The notes below the pieces were generated by a model that did no database searches, had not been told where the DNA came from, and was given only the letters and a program-made list of their open reading frames with translations. Below, piece after piece: positions 8,446 through 18,197 of a stretch of DNA of 64,000 nucleotides. The translations under genes and the position numbers were made by a program. The stretch spans positions 960-64,959 of the forward strand of contig JAFMJW010000001.1 of NCBI GenBank assembly GCA_017853315.1. The letters run 5' to 3'. Every line of letters begins with the position of its first letter. The first letter of the stretch is position 1. The stretch comes from Alphaproteobacteria bacterium. Its GTDB lineage: Bacteria > Desulfobacterota > Binatia > UBA12015.

Positions 8446-9354
8446 TCAGGCTCCTGCCCCCGCCAGACGCTCCTTCACGAGCCGCGGGATGTCGCCGATG
8501 TCGTCGGCCACCGAGATGCCCGCCTCGCGCATGCGGCGGATCTTGTCGGCCGGCGAATCGACCTTCTTGTCGACGACGGTGCCGGCGTGGCCGAAGCTCA
8601 TGCCGGGCATCTCGTCCATGAAGCGGCCGGCGACGAACGCGACGATCGGCAGCCGGCTCTCGTTCTCCTTCGCCCAGCGCGCGAGCTCGGCCTCCGACGA
8701 CCCGCCCGGCTCCGAGTAGATCACGACCGCCTTGGTCGCCGGGTCCGCCTCGAAGAGCGGCATGAGCTCGGAGTAGGTCGACCCGATGACCGGGTCGCCG
8801 CCGACCGAGATCGCGGTGCTCTCGCCGAGCCCCGCCGCCGAGAGCGCGTTGCAGATCTCGGTGGTCATGCCGCCCGAGCGCGACATCACGCCGACGATGC
8901 CGGGCTTGAAGGCCTTGCGGCAGTCGACCGCCGGGCCGCCCAGGCTGCCGAAGCGGCAGACGTCGGGGATGATGACGCCGAGGCAGTTCGGGCCGATCAC
9001 GCGCGCGCCGTGGAGCGTCGCGTACTCGATCAGCATGCTCGCGTCGCGGCGCGGGATGCCCTCGGTGATGATGACGAGCAGCTTGATCCCGGCGTCGATC
9101 GCCTCGAGCGCCGCGTCGGCGGCGAACGCGGCCGGCACCGTGATGACCGAGCCGTCGACCTTCCGCTTCGCGGTGATCTCGCGGACGGTGTCGTACACCG
9201 GCACCCCGTAGACCTCGCGGCCGCCGCGCCCGGGCGTCACGCCGCCGACGATCTTCGACCCGTACTGCAGGCACTCGCGGGTGAAGTTCAGCGCCTCTCG
9301 CCCGGTGATGCCCTGGACGATGAATTCGAAGTTCTCGTGAACCAGCACTCCCAT
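8446..9354 (-). CDS. mtkB: Succinyl-CoA synthetase alpha-subunit family protein (CoA-binding); likely malate--CoA ligase subunit MtkB
   Basis: 302 aa. IVQGITG, VGGVTPGRGG, GPNCLGVI, SRSGGMTTE, MSFGHAG match SucD family motifs. ATG at 9354 verified in sequence. The symbol choice rests on the adjacent malyl-CoA lyase gene. Confidence 0.8.
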   Translation of the reverse strand: MGVLVHENFEFIVQGITGREALNFTRECLQYGSKIVGGVTPGRGGREVYGVPVYDTVREITAKRKVDGSVITVPAAFAADAALEAIDAGIKLLVIITEGIPRRDASMLIEYATLHGARVIGPNCLGVIIPDVCRFGSLGGPAVDCRKAFKPGIVGVMSRSGGMTTEICNALSAAGLGESTAISVGGDPVIGSTYSELMPLFEADPATKAVVIYSEPGGSSEAELARWAKENESRLPIVAFVAGRFMDEMPGMSFGHAGTVVDKKVDSPADKIRRMREAGISVADDIGDIPRLVKERLAGAGA

Positions 9355-9362
9355 GGCAGCCC

Positions 9363-10562
9363 TCAGCGCCCGATCTTGTCGACCGCCCGCTTGGCGGCCT
9401 CGCTGATCGAGACGGTCCGGTCGCAGTACTCGACGCCGTACTTCTCGAGGATCTTCGCCGCGTCGGCCTCCCAGGCGCCGGGGACGCGGAAGATCGCGAT
9501 GGTCTTCGCGGGGTCGAGCCCCGCCTCGATGACGCCCTTGATGACGCCGCGCGCGACCAGGTCGGCGCGGGTGTTCGAGACCACGTTCGACATGACCGCG
9601 ATCTGCTTCACGCCGGGCTTCGAGAGGATCAGCTTCGTGAGCCGCTGGGCCTTCCGCACGCTCGGGTTGCCGCCGAGCGCCGCGTAGTTCGCGGGCCGGC
9701 CGCCGACGCGACGGACCGCGTCGGTGAGCGTGAGGGAGCCGCCGCCCGCGCCGATCACGAGCCCGATGTTGCCGTCGAACTCGACGACCGGGCCGGCGAC
9801 GCCGCGCGGGTCCTCCGCGTCGATCTTCGCCGCCTCGATCTCGAACGGCGTGGGCTCCCGCACGAGCCGCCGGTCGTCCTCGGCGATGCCGAGCTCGGCG
9901 AGGATCGCCTTCTGGCGCGGGCGACCCTCGACCTCCATGTCGGAGCGGGCGTCGATCGCGACGAACGAGCCGTCCTCGAGGCGCCCGAGCGAGAAGACGT
10001 CGAGCTGGGTCAGGTCGTAGCGCAGGAAGAGCTGTGCGAGCCGGGAGACCGCGGCCGTCATCTTCGGCACGTCGGGGCTCTTGGCGCCGAGCGCCACGAC
10101 CATCTCCTTGGCGAGGTAGTCGGAGAACGGCACGAGCGCCGAGAAGTGCCGGCGGACGACCTTCGAGGGGTCGCGGTCGGCGATGTCCTCGACGTTGCCG
10201 GGCTCCGCAGCGCCGATCATGACCGGCTTCTTCGCGGTGCCGTCGTAGGTGAAGGCGAGCGACCACTCGCCGGTCGCGGCGGGCCGCTTCTCGACCAGCA
10301 CGCCGGCGGGCTTGCGGCCGCCGTCGTCGAGGGCGAGCAGCTCGGCGGCGACCTTCGCCGCGTCGGCCGGGGTGGCCGCCGTGCGCACGGTGTCGCTGCG
10401 CGCCTTGCCGTAGGCGAGCATCTGCGCCTTCAGCACGACCGGGGCGCCGAGCTCGCCGGCGAGGCGCTCGGCGTCGGCGGGCGTCCTCGCGACGCCGCTC
10501 TTCGGCACGCCGACGCCGTGCCTGGCGATCAGCTTCTTGGTCTCGGACTCGTAGAACCGCAT
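9363..10562 (-). CDS. mtkA: Succinyl-CoA synthetase beta-subunit family protein (ATP-grasp); likely malate--CoA ligase subunit MtkA
   Basis: ORF 9363..10676 trimmed to the ATG at 10562 ([17 protein letters not shown], a SucC-like N-terminus). ATP-grasp motifs and a [13 protein letters not shown]-like loop. Confidence 0.8.
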   Translation of the reverse strand: MRFYESETKKLIARHGVGVPKSGVARTPADAERLAGELGAPVVLKAQMLAYGKARSDTVRTAATPADAAKVAAELLALDDGGRKPAGVLVEKRPAATGEWSLAFTYDGTAKKPVMIGAAEPGNVEDIADRDPSKVVRRHFSALVPFSDYLAKEMVVALGAKSPDVPKMTAAVSRLAQLFLRYDLTQLDVFSLGRLEDGSFVAIDARSDMEVEGRPRQKAILAELGIAEDDRRLVREPTPFEIEAAKIDAEDPRGVAGPVVEFDGNIGLVIGAGGGSLTLTDAVRRVGGRPANYAALGGNPSVRKAQRLTKLILSKPGVKQIAVMSNVVSNTRADLVARGVIKGVIEAGLDPAKTIAIFRVPGAWEADAAKILEKYGVEYCDRTVSISEAAKRAVDKIGR

Positions 10563-10789
10563 CGCTGACGATCCTCTTCTCTCGTGTTCGAAACGCTCCG
10601 GATCCGCCCGGCCGGACGCCGGACGACGCCCCGCCGGACGCGGGACCCGCCAGCCATAGCCAAGAGCCCGGGGCATGGGAAGCGGCGGGGGGCGGCGCGC
10701 GGTTTGGCCGCCGTCGGGCCGTTGCTATCCTGCGCGGAAATCGGCGCTCGCCCGGGCGCCGCACGACCCGACAGTCAGGAGCCGAACCC
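10563..10789. promoter_or_regulatory. Divergent intergenic region between mtkA (-) and mcl (+); likely holds both promoters
   Basis: 227 nt non-coding gap between divergently oriented starts. No consensus promoter element could be read with confidence. Confidence 0.3.
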
Positions 10790-11839
10790 ATGCGCAGCCC
10801 GAAGGACTTCTTCAAGCCGCTCGCGATCGGCGCGCCCGAGCCGGTGCGCGAGATCCCGTTCCGCCCGTCGCGGATGATCCACTTCTTCGACCCGAGCAAC
10901 GCCAAGATGGCGGCCAAGGTCGGCGACCTCGCGAAGAAGTGCGACGTCCTGCTGGGCAACCTCGAGGACGCGATCGCGGCCGACAAGAAGATCGAGGCGC
11001 GCGAGGGGCTGGTGAAGGTGGCCCGGGACACCGACTTCGGCTCCTGCCAGCTGTGGACCCGCGTGAACAGCCTCGACTCGCCGTGGGTGCTCGACGACCT
11101 CGTCCGGCTGGTGACCGAGATCGGCGACCGCCTCGACGTCATCATGATCCCGAAGGTCGAGGGGGCGCAGGACATCCACTACGTCGACCGGCTCGTGGCG
11201 CAGCTCGAGGCGCGCGCGAAGCTCGAGCGCCCGATCCTCCTGCACGCGATCCTCGAGACCGCGACCGGCGTCGCCAACGTCGAGGAGATCTGCGCGGCCT
11301 CGCCCCGCATGCAGGGGCTCTCGCTGGGCCCCGCCGATCTCGCCGCGTCGCGCCGCATGAAGACGACCCGCGTCGGCGGTGGCCACCCGGGCTACCTGGT
11401 GCGCGCGGACCCCGATCCCGCCGACGAGAAGGCGCCGCGCACGACCGCGCAGCAGGACCTCTGGCACTACACGCTCGCGCGCATGGTGGACGCCTGCAAC
11501 GCGAACGGGATCCTGCCCTACTACGGCCCGTTCGGCGACATCGCCGACACGCTCGCGTGCGAGGACCAGTTCCGCAACGCCTTCCTGCTCGGCTGCGTCG
11601 GTGCCTGGAGCCTCCACCCGGTGCAGGTCGACATCGCGCGCAAGGTCTTCAGCCCGCCGGCCGCCGAGGTGCTGTGGGCGAAGAAGGTCATCGCCGCGAT
11701 GGGCGACGGCACCGGCGCGGTCATGATCGACGGCAAGATGCAGGACGACGCCACCTTCAAGCAGTGCCAGGTCATGGTCGACCTCGCCCGCCGGCTCGCC
11801 GCGGGCGATCCCGAGCTCACCGCCGCCTACGGTTTCTGA
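10790..11839 (+). CDS. mcl: L-malyl-CoA/beta-methylmalyl-CoA lyase (HpcH/HpaI / CitE family)
   Basis: Full-length similarity to characterised malyl-CoA lyases: [104 protein letters not shown]. Confidence 0.85.
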   Translation: MRSPKDFFKPLAIGAPEPVREIPFRPSRMIHFFDPSNAKMAAKVGDLAKKCDVLLGNLEDAIAADKKIEAREGLVKVARDTDFGSCQLWTRVNSLDSPWVLDDLVRLVTEIGDRLDVIMIPKVEGAQDIHYVDRLVAQLEARAKLERPILLHAILETATGVANVEEICAASPRMQGLSLGPADLAASRRMKTTRVGGGHPGYLVRADPDPADEKAPRTTAQQDLWHYTLARMVDACNANGILPYYGPFGDIADTLACEDQFRNAFLLGCVGAWSLHPVQVDIARKVFSPPAAEVLWAKKVIAAMGDGTGAVMIDGKMQDDATFKQCQVMVDLARRLAAGDPELTAAYGF

Positions 11840-11903
11840 TCCCGACGCCGCCCCTCTGGCTCCCGGGGACGATTCCGCATAGGAGTCGCCCCGGGAGGCG
11901 GGG

Positions 11904-12845
11904 ATGGCGGAACTGCGCAACGAACTCAGCTGGAGCCGGTCCCGGGCCGGCTCGTTCGAAGCCTGCCCGCGCCGGTACTGGTTCGACTACTACGGGTCGT
12001 GGGGCGGCTGGAGCGACCGCTCCGAGCCGCGCACGCGCGAGCTCTACGTCCTGAAGAAGCTCTCGACCCGCTGGATGTGGATCGGCTCGGTCGTCCACGA
12101 GGCGATCGAGAACGTGCTGCGAGCGCTGCAGCGCGGCGAGCGTCCCGAGGCTTCCGCGGTCGCCGAGGCGACGATCGGGCGCATGCGCGCGGACTACCTC
12201 GACTCGCGCAGCCGTCGCTACCGCGAGCGCCCGGGGAAGCACCTCGGGCTCTTCGAGCACGAGTACGGCATCGAGGTGTCGAAGCAGGCCTGGAAGGAGG
12301 GCGCCGACCACGCGCGCGCGTGCATCGTGCGCTTCTTCGAGTCGGACTACGCGGCGACGTTCGCGGACCTGCCGGCCGAGTCGTGGCTGCCGATCGAGAC
12401 GCTCGACACCTTCGAGATGGAAGGCGACCTGGTTCACGTGAAGCTCGATGCCGCCTTCCGCAGGCCCGACGGCCGGGTCGAGATCGTCGACTGGAAGACC
12501 GGGCGTCGCGACGACGCGTCCGAGGGCGGCGACCGCGTGCAGCTCGCCTGCTACGCGCTGTACGCGCTCGAGAAGGGCTGGGTCGACCGTCCGGAGGACA
12601 TCGTCACGGTCGAGTACTCGCTCGCCGCGAAGAAGCCGCACGTGCGCGAGGTCGACCCGGCCGCGATCGTGCAGGTGCGCGAGTTCATCCGCACGAGCAT
12701 CGGCGGCATGAAGGCGCGCCTCGACGACGTCGAGAACAACGTCGGCCGCGAGGAGAGGTTCGAGGCGACCCCCTCGCCCGGGAACTGCCGCTGGTGCAAG
12801 TTCCGCCGCGCCTGCCCCTCGGCAGCCCCCGTCCGGGTGCACTGA
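11904..12845 (+). CDS. PD-(D/E)xK nuclease superfamily protein, Cas4/RecB-like with a 4-Cys Fe-S arrangement
   Basis: GGGAGG ribosome-binding site 12 nt upstream of the ATG. N-terminal SFEACPRRYWFDY (1 Cys), EIVDWKTG (D-x-K motif), C-terminal NCRWCKFRRAC (3 Cys). Confidence 0.65.
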   Translation: MAELRNELSWSRSRAGSFEACPRRYWFDYYGSWGGWSDRSEPRTRELYVLKKLSTRWMWIGSVVHEAIENVLRALQRGERPEASAVAEATIGRMRADYLDSRSRRYRERPGKHLGLFEHEYGIEVSKQAWKEGADHARACIVRFFESDYAATFADLPAESWLPIETLDTFEMEGDLVHVKLDAAFRRPDGRVEIVDWKTGRRDDASEGGDRVQLACYALYALEKGWVDRPEDIVTVEYSLAAKKPHVREVDPAAIVQVREFIRTSIGGMKARLDDVENNVGREERFEATPSPGNCRWCKFRRACPSAAPVRVH

Positions 12846-13125
12846 GCCCCCGGCTCCCGGGCGACGGGGGCGGCGCCCCGGCCGAGGACACCCCGCCCTC
12901 CCGACTCCCCGGCCGACCTCGGGAATTTCCCGACGCCCCGCGCCCGATTCGCCGGTTTACAGGTCTCTCTGCGATCGCATAGGTTTTCGCGTGGCGGGAT
13001 CGAACGAGACCGCCGCCATCCCGTCCAACGCGAGGCGAGCCTCCCGAGTCCATCGTGGGGAACGCACCGAGAACCATGGCCCCGGAAACCGCCCGGGACC
13101 GAACGACCTCCAGAGGAGCCTGCAC

Positions 13126-13536
13126 ATGGATCGACTCGACCGGAAGACCACCCTTCGTCGCGCGCTCGGCGCGCTCGCGCTCGCCTGCCTCGTCGCGATC
13201 GGGGTCGGCTCCGCACCGGCGTCCGCCCTGGCCCGCGAGTCCGGTTTCCAGGTGAGCGAGCTCGAAGACTACGCGATGGTCAGCAAGGACGTGAACGGCG
13301 AGCGCTGGGCGATGACCTACGACCTGTTCGACGGCATGATCACCGGCAACGTGTTCCCGAACGACGGGGGCGCGCCGAAGTTCGTCGTCTGCGAGGTTCT
13401 CGACGAGGACCAGTCGGGCAACATCACCGCCGACTGCAAGGGCGCCGACGCCTGCACGAGCTGTCCCTGCGCGCAGGGATGGTCGGCGATCGGGCAGGTG
13501 AGCCTGCCGGGCAGTTTCTTCCAGCTCTGCAACTGA
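13126..13536 (+). CDS. Small secreted protein: signal peptide plus one copy of the novel 6-Cys domain, paralog of the repeats in 4224..6290
   Basis: ATG at 13126 with GAGGAG 8 nt upstream. ALALACLVAIGVGSAPASALARESGFQ...NGERWAMTYD...FVVCEVL...CKGADACTSCPC...SFFQLCN. Confidence 0.7.
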   Translation: MDRLDRKTTLRRALGALALACLVAIGVGSAPASALARESGFQVSELEDYAMVSKDVNGERWAMTYDLFDGMITGNVFPNDGGAPKFVVCEVLDEDQSGNITADCKGADACTSCPCAQGWSAIGQVSLPGSFFQLCN

Positions 13537-13666
13537 CGCGGACGTGACCACGGGCTCGGCCGGGGGCGTTCGCGTCTCCCGGCCGGGTCCGCTTGCCGTC
13601 CGATCCCGCGAGCCGTTCGCCGACCGGCTCGCGGCCCGTCTTCGCAGGCTGCGGGACCGCTGATCG

Positions 13667-13951
13667 TCAGCGCGACGAACCGGCCGGGGCGAATCCCTTG
13701 CCGGCCATGCAGTCGAGGAACATCCCGATCGCGGCCTTCGACGCGGTCGCCTGGCCGTCGAAGTTCGAAGTTCGATCGACCGCGAAGTCGATGCAGGCCT
13801 CCCGGGCGGCGTCGAAGCCCGGCGAGCCGCGCCAGGCGGCGAATGGATCTCCGACCTTCGCGGGGGGAGTGCAGGCGAGGACGGCCCCGGCGAGGAGCAG
13901 AGCAGCCGCTCCCCGCCGCAGGGCCCGGGTCGACGGGGCTTCTGCATCCAT
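13667..13951 (-). CDS. Small lipoprotein, hypothetical
   Basis: LLLAGAVLAC lipobox-like signal. 94 aa, no family recognised. Confidence 0.4.
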   Translation of the reverse strand: MDAEAPSTRALRRGAAALLLAGAVLACTPPAKVGDPFAAWRGSPGFDAAREACIDFAVDRTSNFDGQATASKAAIGMFLDCMAGKGFAPAGSSR

Positions 13952-14044
13952 GGAGCGCCCGATAGCACGGCAGGGCGGTTGCGCCGACCGGTCGCGGGCG
14001 CGGCCGGGCTCGACTCGACCCGGCCCGGGGTCCTAGGATCGCCC

Positions 14045-14575
14045 ATGACCTTCGAACCGATCCGTGAACTCCGGGACCTCTTCGCGCGCGAGCGCATGCT
14101 CGGCTTCTGCGACGTCCGGCTGCCGATGCCGGGGTCTCCGTCGGGCATCCTCCGCATCAACCGTCCCGGCGACGCGAACCGCTCCGGGCACTACCTCGCG
14201 CTGCTCTTCCTGATCGACGCCGAGACCGACCAGGGCCGGCACGACATCGAGCGCTGGCTCGCGTCGGTGAAGTGGGCGGACTGGCCGTCGCGGCTCCCCT
14301 CGATCGACATGGTGATCGACATGCCCAACGCCGAGAGCCCCCCCGGCCTCGTGCAGAAGCAGGTCGACGTCTACCTGCGCCCCGACGTCGAGATCGCCCG
14401 TCCCGAGACGATCGCCGCGATCCACCGCACGCTGCCCGCCGTTTCGCGGATCGAAGTCGGCGAGATGGTCGCCTGGGACGAGGCCGAAGCCGCGGCGCCG
14501 GGTGGAGCGAAGGACGCGAAGGCGAGCGGGCTCCTCGGCCGTCTCGCCGGATTCCTCGGTCGCGGCAAGGGCTGA
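14045..14575 (+). CDS. Hypothetical protein
   Basis: Internal ATG at 14045 of ORF 13979..14575. Protein-like composition, no recognisable motifs. Confidence 0.4.
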   Translation: MTFEPIRELRDLFARERMLGFCDVRLPMPGSPSGILRINRPGDANRSGHYLALLFLIDAETDQGRHDIERWLASVKWADWPSRLPSIDMVIDMPNAESPPGLVQKQVDVYLRPDVEIARPETIAAIHRTLPAVSRIEVGEMVAWDEAEAAAPGGAKDAKASGLLGRLAGFLGRGKG

Positions 14576-14671
14576 CGCCGGGCTGGGGTCCGCCGGAGTC
14601 CGCCCGCGTCTTTGCGCGCGGGGCGCGAATCGGGGACAACCGGGTGCGCGGGTCGAGGCCCGCGACACCGG

Positions 14672-16915
14672 ATGGGAACCAGACTCGCCACGTTCCGGCG
14701 CCTGCTCCTCGGCCTCGGCCTGATCGCCGCGGCCGCCGCGGTGCTGCTCTCGACGGACCTGCGTTCCCGGCGCGGTGCGGGCGATGATCCGCACGCGGCC
14801 CGCGGCGGCGGCGCGGCCGGCGGAGGCGACGTCGGGCCCAAGCACCTCGCGATCCTGCAGCACTCGACGAGCCAGGTGATGGACGACATCCGCGAGGGCA
14901 TGATCGCGGGCCTCGCCTCGAAGGGCTGGGTGGCCGGCCCGCGGCTGGTCATCGACGTCTACAACGCGCACGCCGACCTGCCGACCGGCAACGCGATCGC
15001 GACCAAGCTCGCCTCGGGCGAGTACGACGTGGTCGCGACGATCTCGACGCCGATGCTGCAGGCCTTCGCGAACGCGAATCGCGAGGGACGGAGGAAGCAC
15101 GTGTTCGTCGGCGTGACCGCGCCGGTCGAGTCGGGCGTCGGCGTGAAGTCGCTGGACTCGACCGACAAGCCCGCCTGGATGACGGGCCTCGGCTCGGCCC
15201 AGCCGGTCGACGCGATCTTTCGCGAGGCGAAGCGCCTGCAGCCCGCGCTCCAGACGGTCGGGGTCGCCTGGAACCCGGCCGAGGTGAACTCCGAGATCTG
15301 CACGAAGCGTGCGCGCGAGGTCTCGAAGGAACTGGGGATGACGCTGGTCGAGGCGCCGATCGAGAGCGCGAAGGACGTGCCCGAGGCCGCGGGTTCGCTC
15401 GTGGTCCGCGGCGCACAGGCGATCTGGACCGGCGGCGACGCGACCGTGGTGCCGGCGATCGACGCGCTCGTCGCGGTCGCGACCAAGGCCGGCATCCCCG
15501 TCTTCTCCAACATGGCGGGGCAGGTCGAGCACGGCACGACCTTCGACCTGGGCGCGAACTACCGGGAGGTGGGGGCCGAGGGCGGCCGGCTGGTCGCGCG
15601 TCTTCTCGACGGCGAGGACCCGGCGGGGATCCCCGTGCGCAACTTCATGCCCGAGCGCCTCCTGTTGAACGAGAAGGCGGCGGCGTCGCTGCGCGACCGG
15701 ATCGTCTTCGACGACCGCACGCGTGCGGCGGCCGACGGCATCGTGGGCATGGACGGCACGCTGGTGAAGCACGCGAAGCCGCCGACGCCGTCGCGGGTGC
15801 CCGCAGCCACGGCGGCCGTCTCGTCCGCCGCGCCGGGATCGCCCGTCGACCCGAACGCGGCGGCCGCCCGCGGCGGGCCGCTCGGCGGCAGGCCCCGCAG
15901 CGTCTCGGCGATCGTCTACATCGAGACCCCGACCATGGAGGAGGGGTTCGCCGGGGTGAAGGACGGTCTCGTCGCGGCCGGTCTCGTCGAGGGGCGGGAC
16001 TTCGAGGTGCGGCTGCAGAGCGCGCAGGGAGACGTCGCGATCCTGAACGGGATCGTCGACGCCGCGATCGCGGCGTCCCCCGACGTGATCGTCGCGCTGT
16101 CGACGCCCGCGCTCCAGGCGGTCGCGAACAAGGTGGAGACCATCCCGGTCGTCTTCTCGATCGTCTCGAACCCGTTCATCGCGGGCGCCGGCAGGAGCGA
16201 CGACGACCACCTGCCCAACGTGACCGGCGTCTACATCTCGGGCCCCTTCGACCGCATGGCGCAGCTGCTCCACGACCACTTCCCGTCCTGGAAGCGGGTG
16301 GGCACGCTGTTCTGCCCGGCCGAGGTCAACTCGGTGTTCGTCGAGGGCAAGATGCGCGAGGCGCTCGCGCGCCGGGGCATCGAGCTCGAGTCGGTCGCCG
16401 CCTCGACCCCGGCCGACCTGCCCGACGCCGCGGCGGCGCTCGCGAGCCGGCCGATCGACGCGATCGTGCAGCTCTCCGACAACCAGGGCACCGCGGGCTT
16501 CCCCGCGATCGTCCGGGCGGCGCTGCGGGCTCGCAGGCCGCTCGTCGGCTTCACCCGGCAGACGGTCGAGCAGGGCGCGGCCTTCGCGCTCGCCGAGGAG
16601 TACCGCGACGCGGGTCGCGCCTCGGGCAGCTCGATCGCGCGGATCCTCCGGGGCACGCCGCCGTCGAAGATCCCGTTCCACGACTTCGACGACGCGGTGC
16701 TGGTCGCGAACGAGGCGAACGCGCGCGCCCTCGGGTTCACGCTGCCGCCCTCGCTGCTCGCGGCCGCCTCGGCGGACGCGAAGGCGCACGCGGGTGCGCC
16801 CGCCGAACCGGGTGCGAAGGCACACGCGGCCCCCGGCGCGTCGCCGGCCGCGGGGAAGTCGTCGTCGACACCGTCGCGCGGCCCGGCCGCGAACGCGGCC
16901 CCCGGGAGGCACTGA
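14672..16915 (+). CDS. ABC transporter substrate-binding protein with two tandem ABC_sub_bind (COG2984-type) domains
   Basis: ATG at 14672 followed by a TM/signal segment LLLGLGLIAAAAAVLL. Two homologous halves (aa ~70-390 and ~430-730), each with the ...VVATISTPMLQA... / ...VIVALSTPALQAV... pattern. Confidence 0.75.
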   Translation: MGTRLATFRRLLLGLGLIAAAAAVLLSTDLRSRRGAGDDPHAARGGGAAGGGDVGPKHLAILQHSTSQVMDDIREGMIAGLASKGWVAGPRLVIDVYNAHADLPTGNAIATKLASGEYDVVATISTPMLQAFANANREGRRKHVFVGVTAPVESGVGVKSLDSTDKPAWMTGLGSAQPVDAIFREAKRLQPALQTVGVAWNPAEVNSEICTKRAREVSKELGMTLVEAPIESAKDVPEAAGSLVVRGAQAIWTGGDATVVPAIDALVAVATKAGIPVFSNMAGQVEHGTTFDLGANYREVGAEGGRLVARLLDGEDPAGIPVRNFMPERLLLNEKAAASLRDRIVFDDRTRAAADGIVGMDGTLVKHAKPPTPSRVPAATAAVSSAAPGSPVDPNAAAARGGPLGGRPRSVSAIVYIETPTMEEGFAGVKDGLVAAGLVEGRDFEVRLQSAQGDVAILNGIVDAAIAASPDVIVALSTPALQAVANKVETIPVVFSIVSNPFIAGAGRSDDDHLPNVTGVYISGPFDRMAQLLHDHFPSWKRVGTLFCPAEVNSVFVEGKMREALARRGIELESVAASTPADLPDAAAALASRPIDAIVQLSDNQGTAGFPAIVRAALRARRPLVGFTRQTVEQGAAFALAEEYRDAGRASGSSIARILRGTPPSKIPFHDFDDAVLVANEANARALGFTLPPSLLAAASADAKAHAGAPAEPGAKAHAAPGASPAAGKSSSTPSRGPAANAAPGRH

Positions 16916-16919
16916 GGCG

Positions 16920-18197
16920 ATGGAGATTGCGCGCGACGTCCGCGACGGCGAGGCCACGCTCGCGCTCTCGGGCCGGCTCGACGCCGCCTGGAGCGACGGC
17001 GTCTCGAAGGCGCTCGACGAGTGCATCCGCGCGGGCGCCCACGTCGTCCGCCTCGACATGGGCGACGTGTCCTTCGTGAGCTCGGCCGGCTTGCGGGTCC
17101 TGCTCACGGCCTACCGGCAGCTCTCGAAGATCGGCGGGCGCCTCTCGATCGTGCGCGCCTCCGAGGCGGTTCGCTCGGTGCTCGACCTGGGCGGGCTCTC
17201 GACGCTCCTCGAGCTCCCCGCCGCGGGCTGGGCCGAGACCGCGCCCGCACCGCGCCCGGTCGCCGCAGCACGCGTGCCCGCCGCGACGGCGGAGTCTCCC
17301 TCGCGGCGCTTCGACCATGCCGGCGCCGCGGTCGAGGCCTGGTCGCTCGACCCCGCGGCCCGGATCCGGCTCCGCGCGCTGGGCGATCCCGACGCATCGC
17401 TCGCGGGACGGTCGACGGCGGCCGAACCGGTCCGCGTCGCCTTCGGGCACGCCGCGTTGGGCGTCGGCATCGGTGCCTTCGGCTCCGACGCCGCGGACTG
17501 TCGCGAGCGCTTCGGCGAGTTCCTCGCGGCGGGCGGCGCCGCGGTCTGCCTCGCGGGCGCCGACGACGCGGTGCCCGACTGGGTGGTCGCCACCGACCGA
17601 CTGGTGCCCGAGGTCGAGGTGCTGTGGGGACTGGTCGGCGAGGGAGCCTTCTCGGTCGAGGCCCGCTTCGAGGCCGCGCAGAGCGAGGCCGGCGCGCTCG
17701 GCTTCCTCGACGCGGCGACGCTCGCGCTCGAGGCGACGGGGGCCGGCGCCGCGGCGTTCGTGATGCTCGCCGAGACCGAGCAGCTGGTGGGTGCCGCGAT
17801 GCGCCTCTCGCCGCCGTCGTCGCGCGCCCGCGGGCCCGTCTTCGCGTTCCCCGAGGTGCGCGACCGGCTGCTGTTCACCGCCGAGCCGGCCTGGCCGGGC
17901 TCGCTCTCGCTCTCGATCGGCGTGGTCGCGCGCGACGTGCCGCCGCCGCTCGCTTCCCAGTTGCGCCCGCTCGGCGACGACGAGAGCCTCGCGGGCCACG
18001 TGCACGCGGCGGTGTTCCCCTATCGACCGCTGCGCAAGGGCCGGCTCGGAATCGGGGCGGCGCTGTCCGAGGTCTTCGAGCACCCGTCGGTGCAGGGACT
18101 CCTCCACCTGCTCCACGACGCCCGCGAGGGCGTCGGCGCCGGGCAGAGCGCCTTCACCCGCGGCATTCTCTGGGCGGCCCCGGTGGAGGCCTCGTGA
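16920..18197 (+). CDS. STAS-domain protein (anti-sigma-factor-antagonist fold) with a ~300-aa uncharacterised Ala-rich C-terminal domain
   Basis: ATG at 16920, 4 nt after the SBP stop. N-terminus ATLALSGRLDAAWSD...VVRLDMGDVSFVSSAGLRVLL matches the SpoIIAA/STAS fold. The remainder has no known family. Confidence 0.65.
   Translation: MEIARDVRDGEATLALSGRLDAAWSDGVSKALDECIRAGAHVVRLDMGDVSFVSSAGLRVLLTAYRQLSKIGGRLSIVRASEAVRSVLDLGGLSTLLELPAAGWAETAPAPRPVAAARVPAATAESPSRRFDHAGAAVEAWSLDPAARIRLRALGDPDASLAGRSTAAEPVRVAFGHAALGVGIGAFGSDAADCRERFGEFLAAGGAAVCLAGADDAVPDWVVATDRLVPEVEVLWGLVGEGAFSVEARFEAAQSEAGALGFLDAATLALEATGAGAAAFVMLAETEQLVGAAMRLSPPSSRARGPVFAFPEVRDRLLFTAEPAWPGSLSLSIGVVARDVPPPLASQLRPLGDDESLAGHVHAAVFPYRPLRKGRLGIGAALSEVFEHPSVQGLLHLLHDAREGVGAGQSAFTRGILWAAPVEAS

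Noticed and set aside
8225-9274. 349-aa minus-strand ORF overlapping the sucD-like gene
   Set aside because: Only its last 72 codons (8225..8443), after the sucD-like stop, look like a genuine small gene. The upstream part is an alternative frame of the sucD-like gene.
10700-10740. Possible sigma-54 (-24/-12) promoter upstream of mcl (TGGCC...GTTGCT)
   Set aside because: The GG/GC spacing does not fit the 10-nt rule in any register. Cannot be supported by inspection alone.
14033-17107. 1024-aa minus-strand ORF spanning the ABC SBP gene
   Set aside because: Antisense to a gene with clear SBP domain structure. Low-complexity R/A/G/D-rich translation and no motifs.
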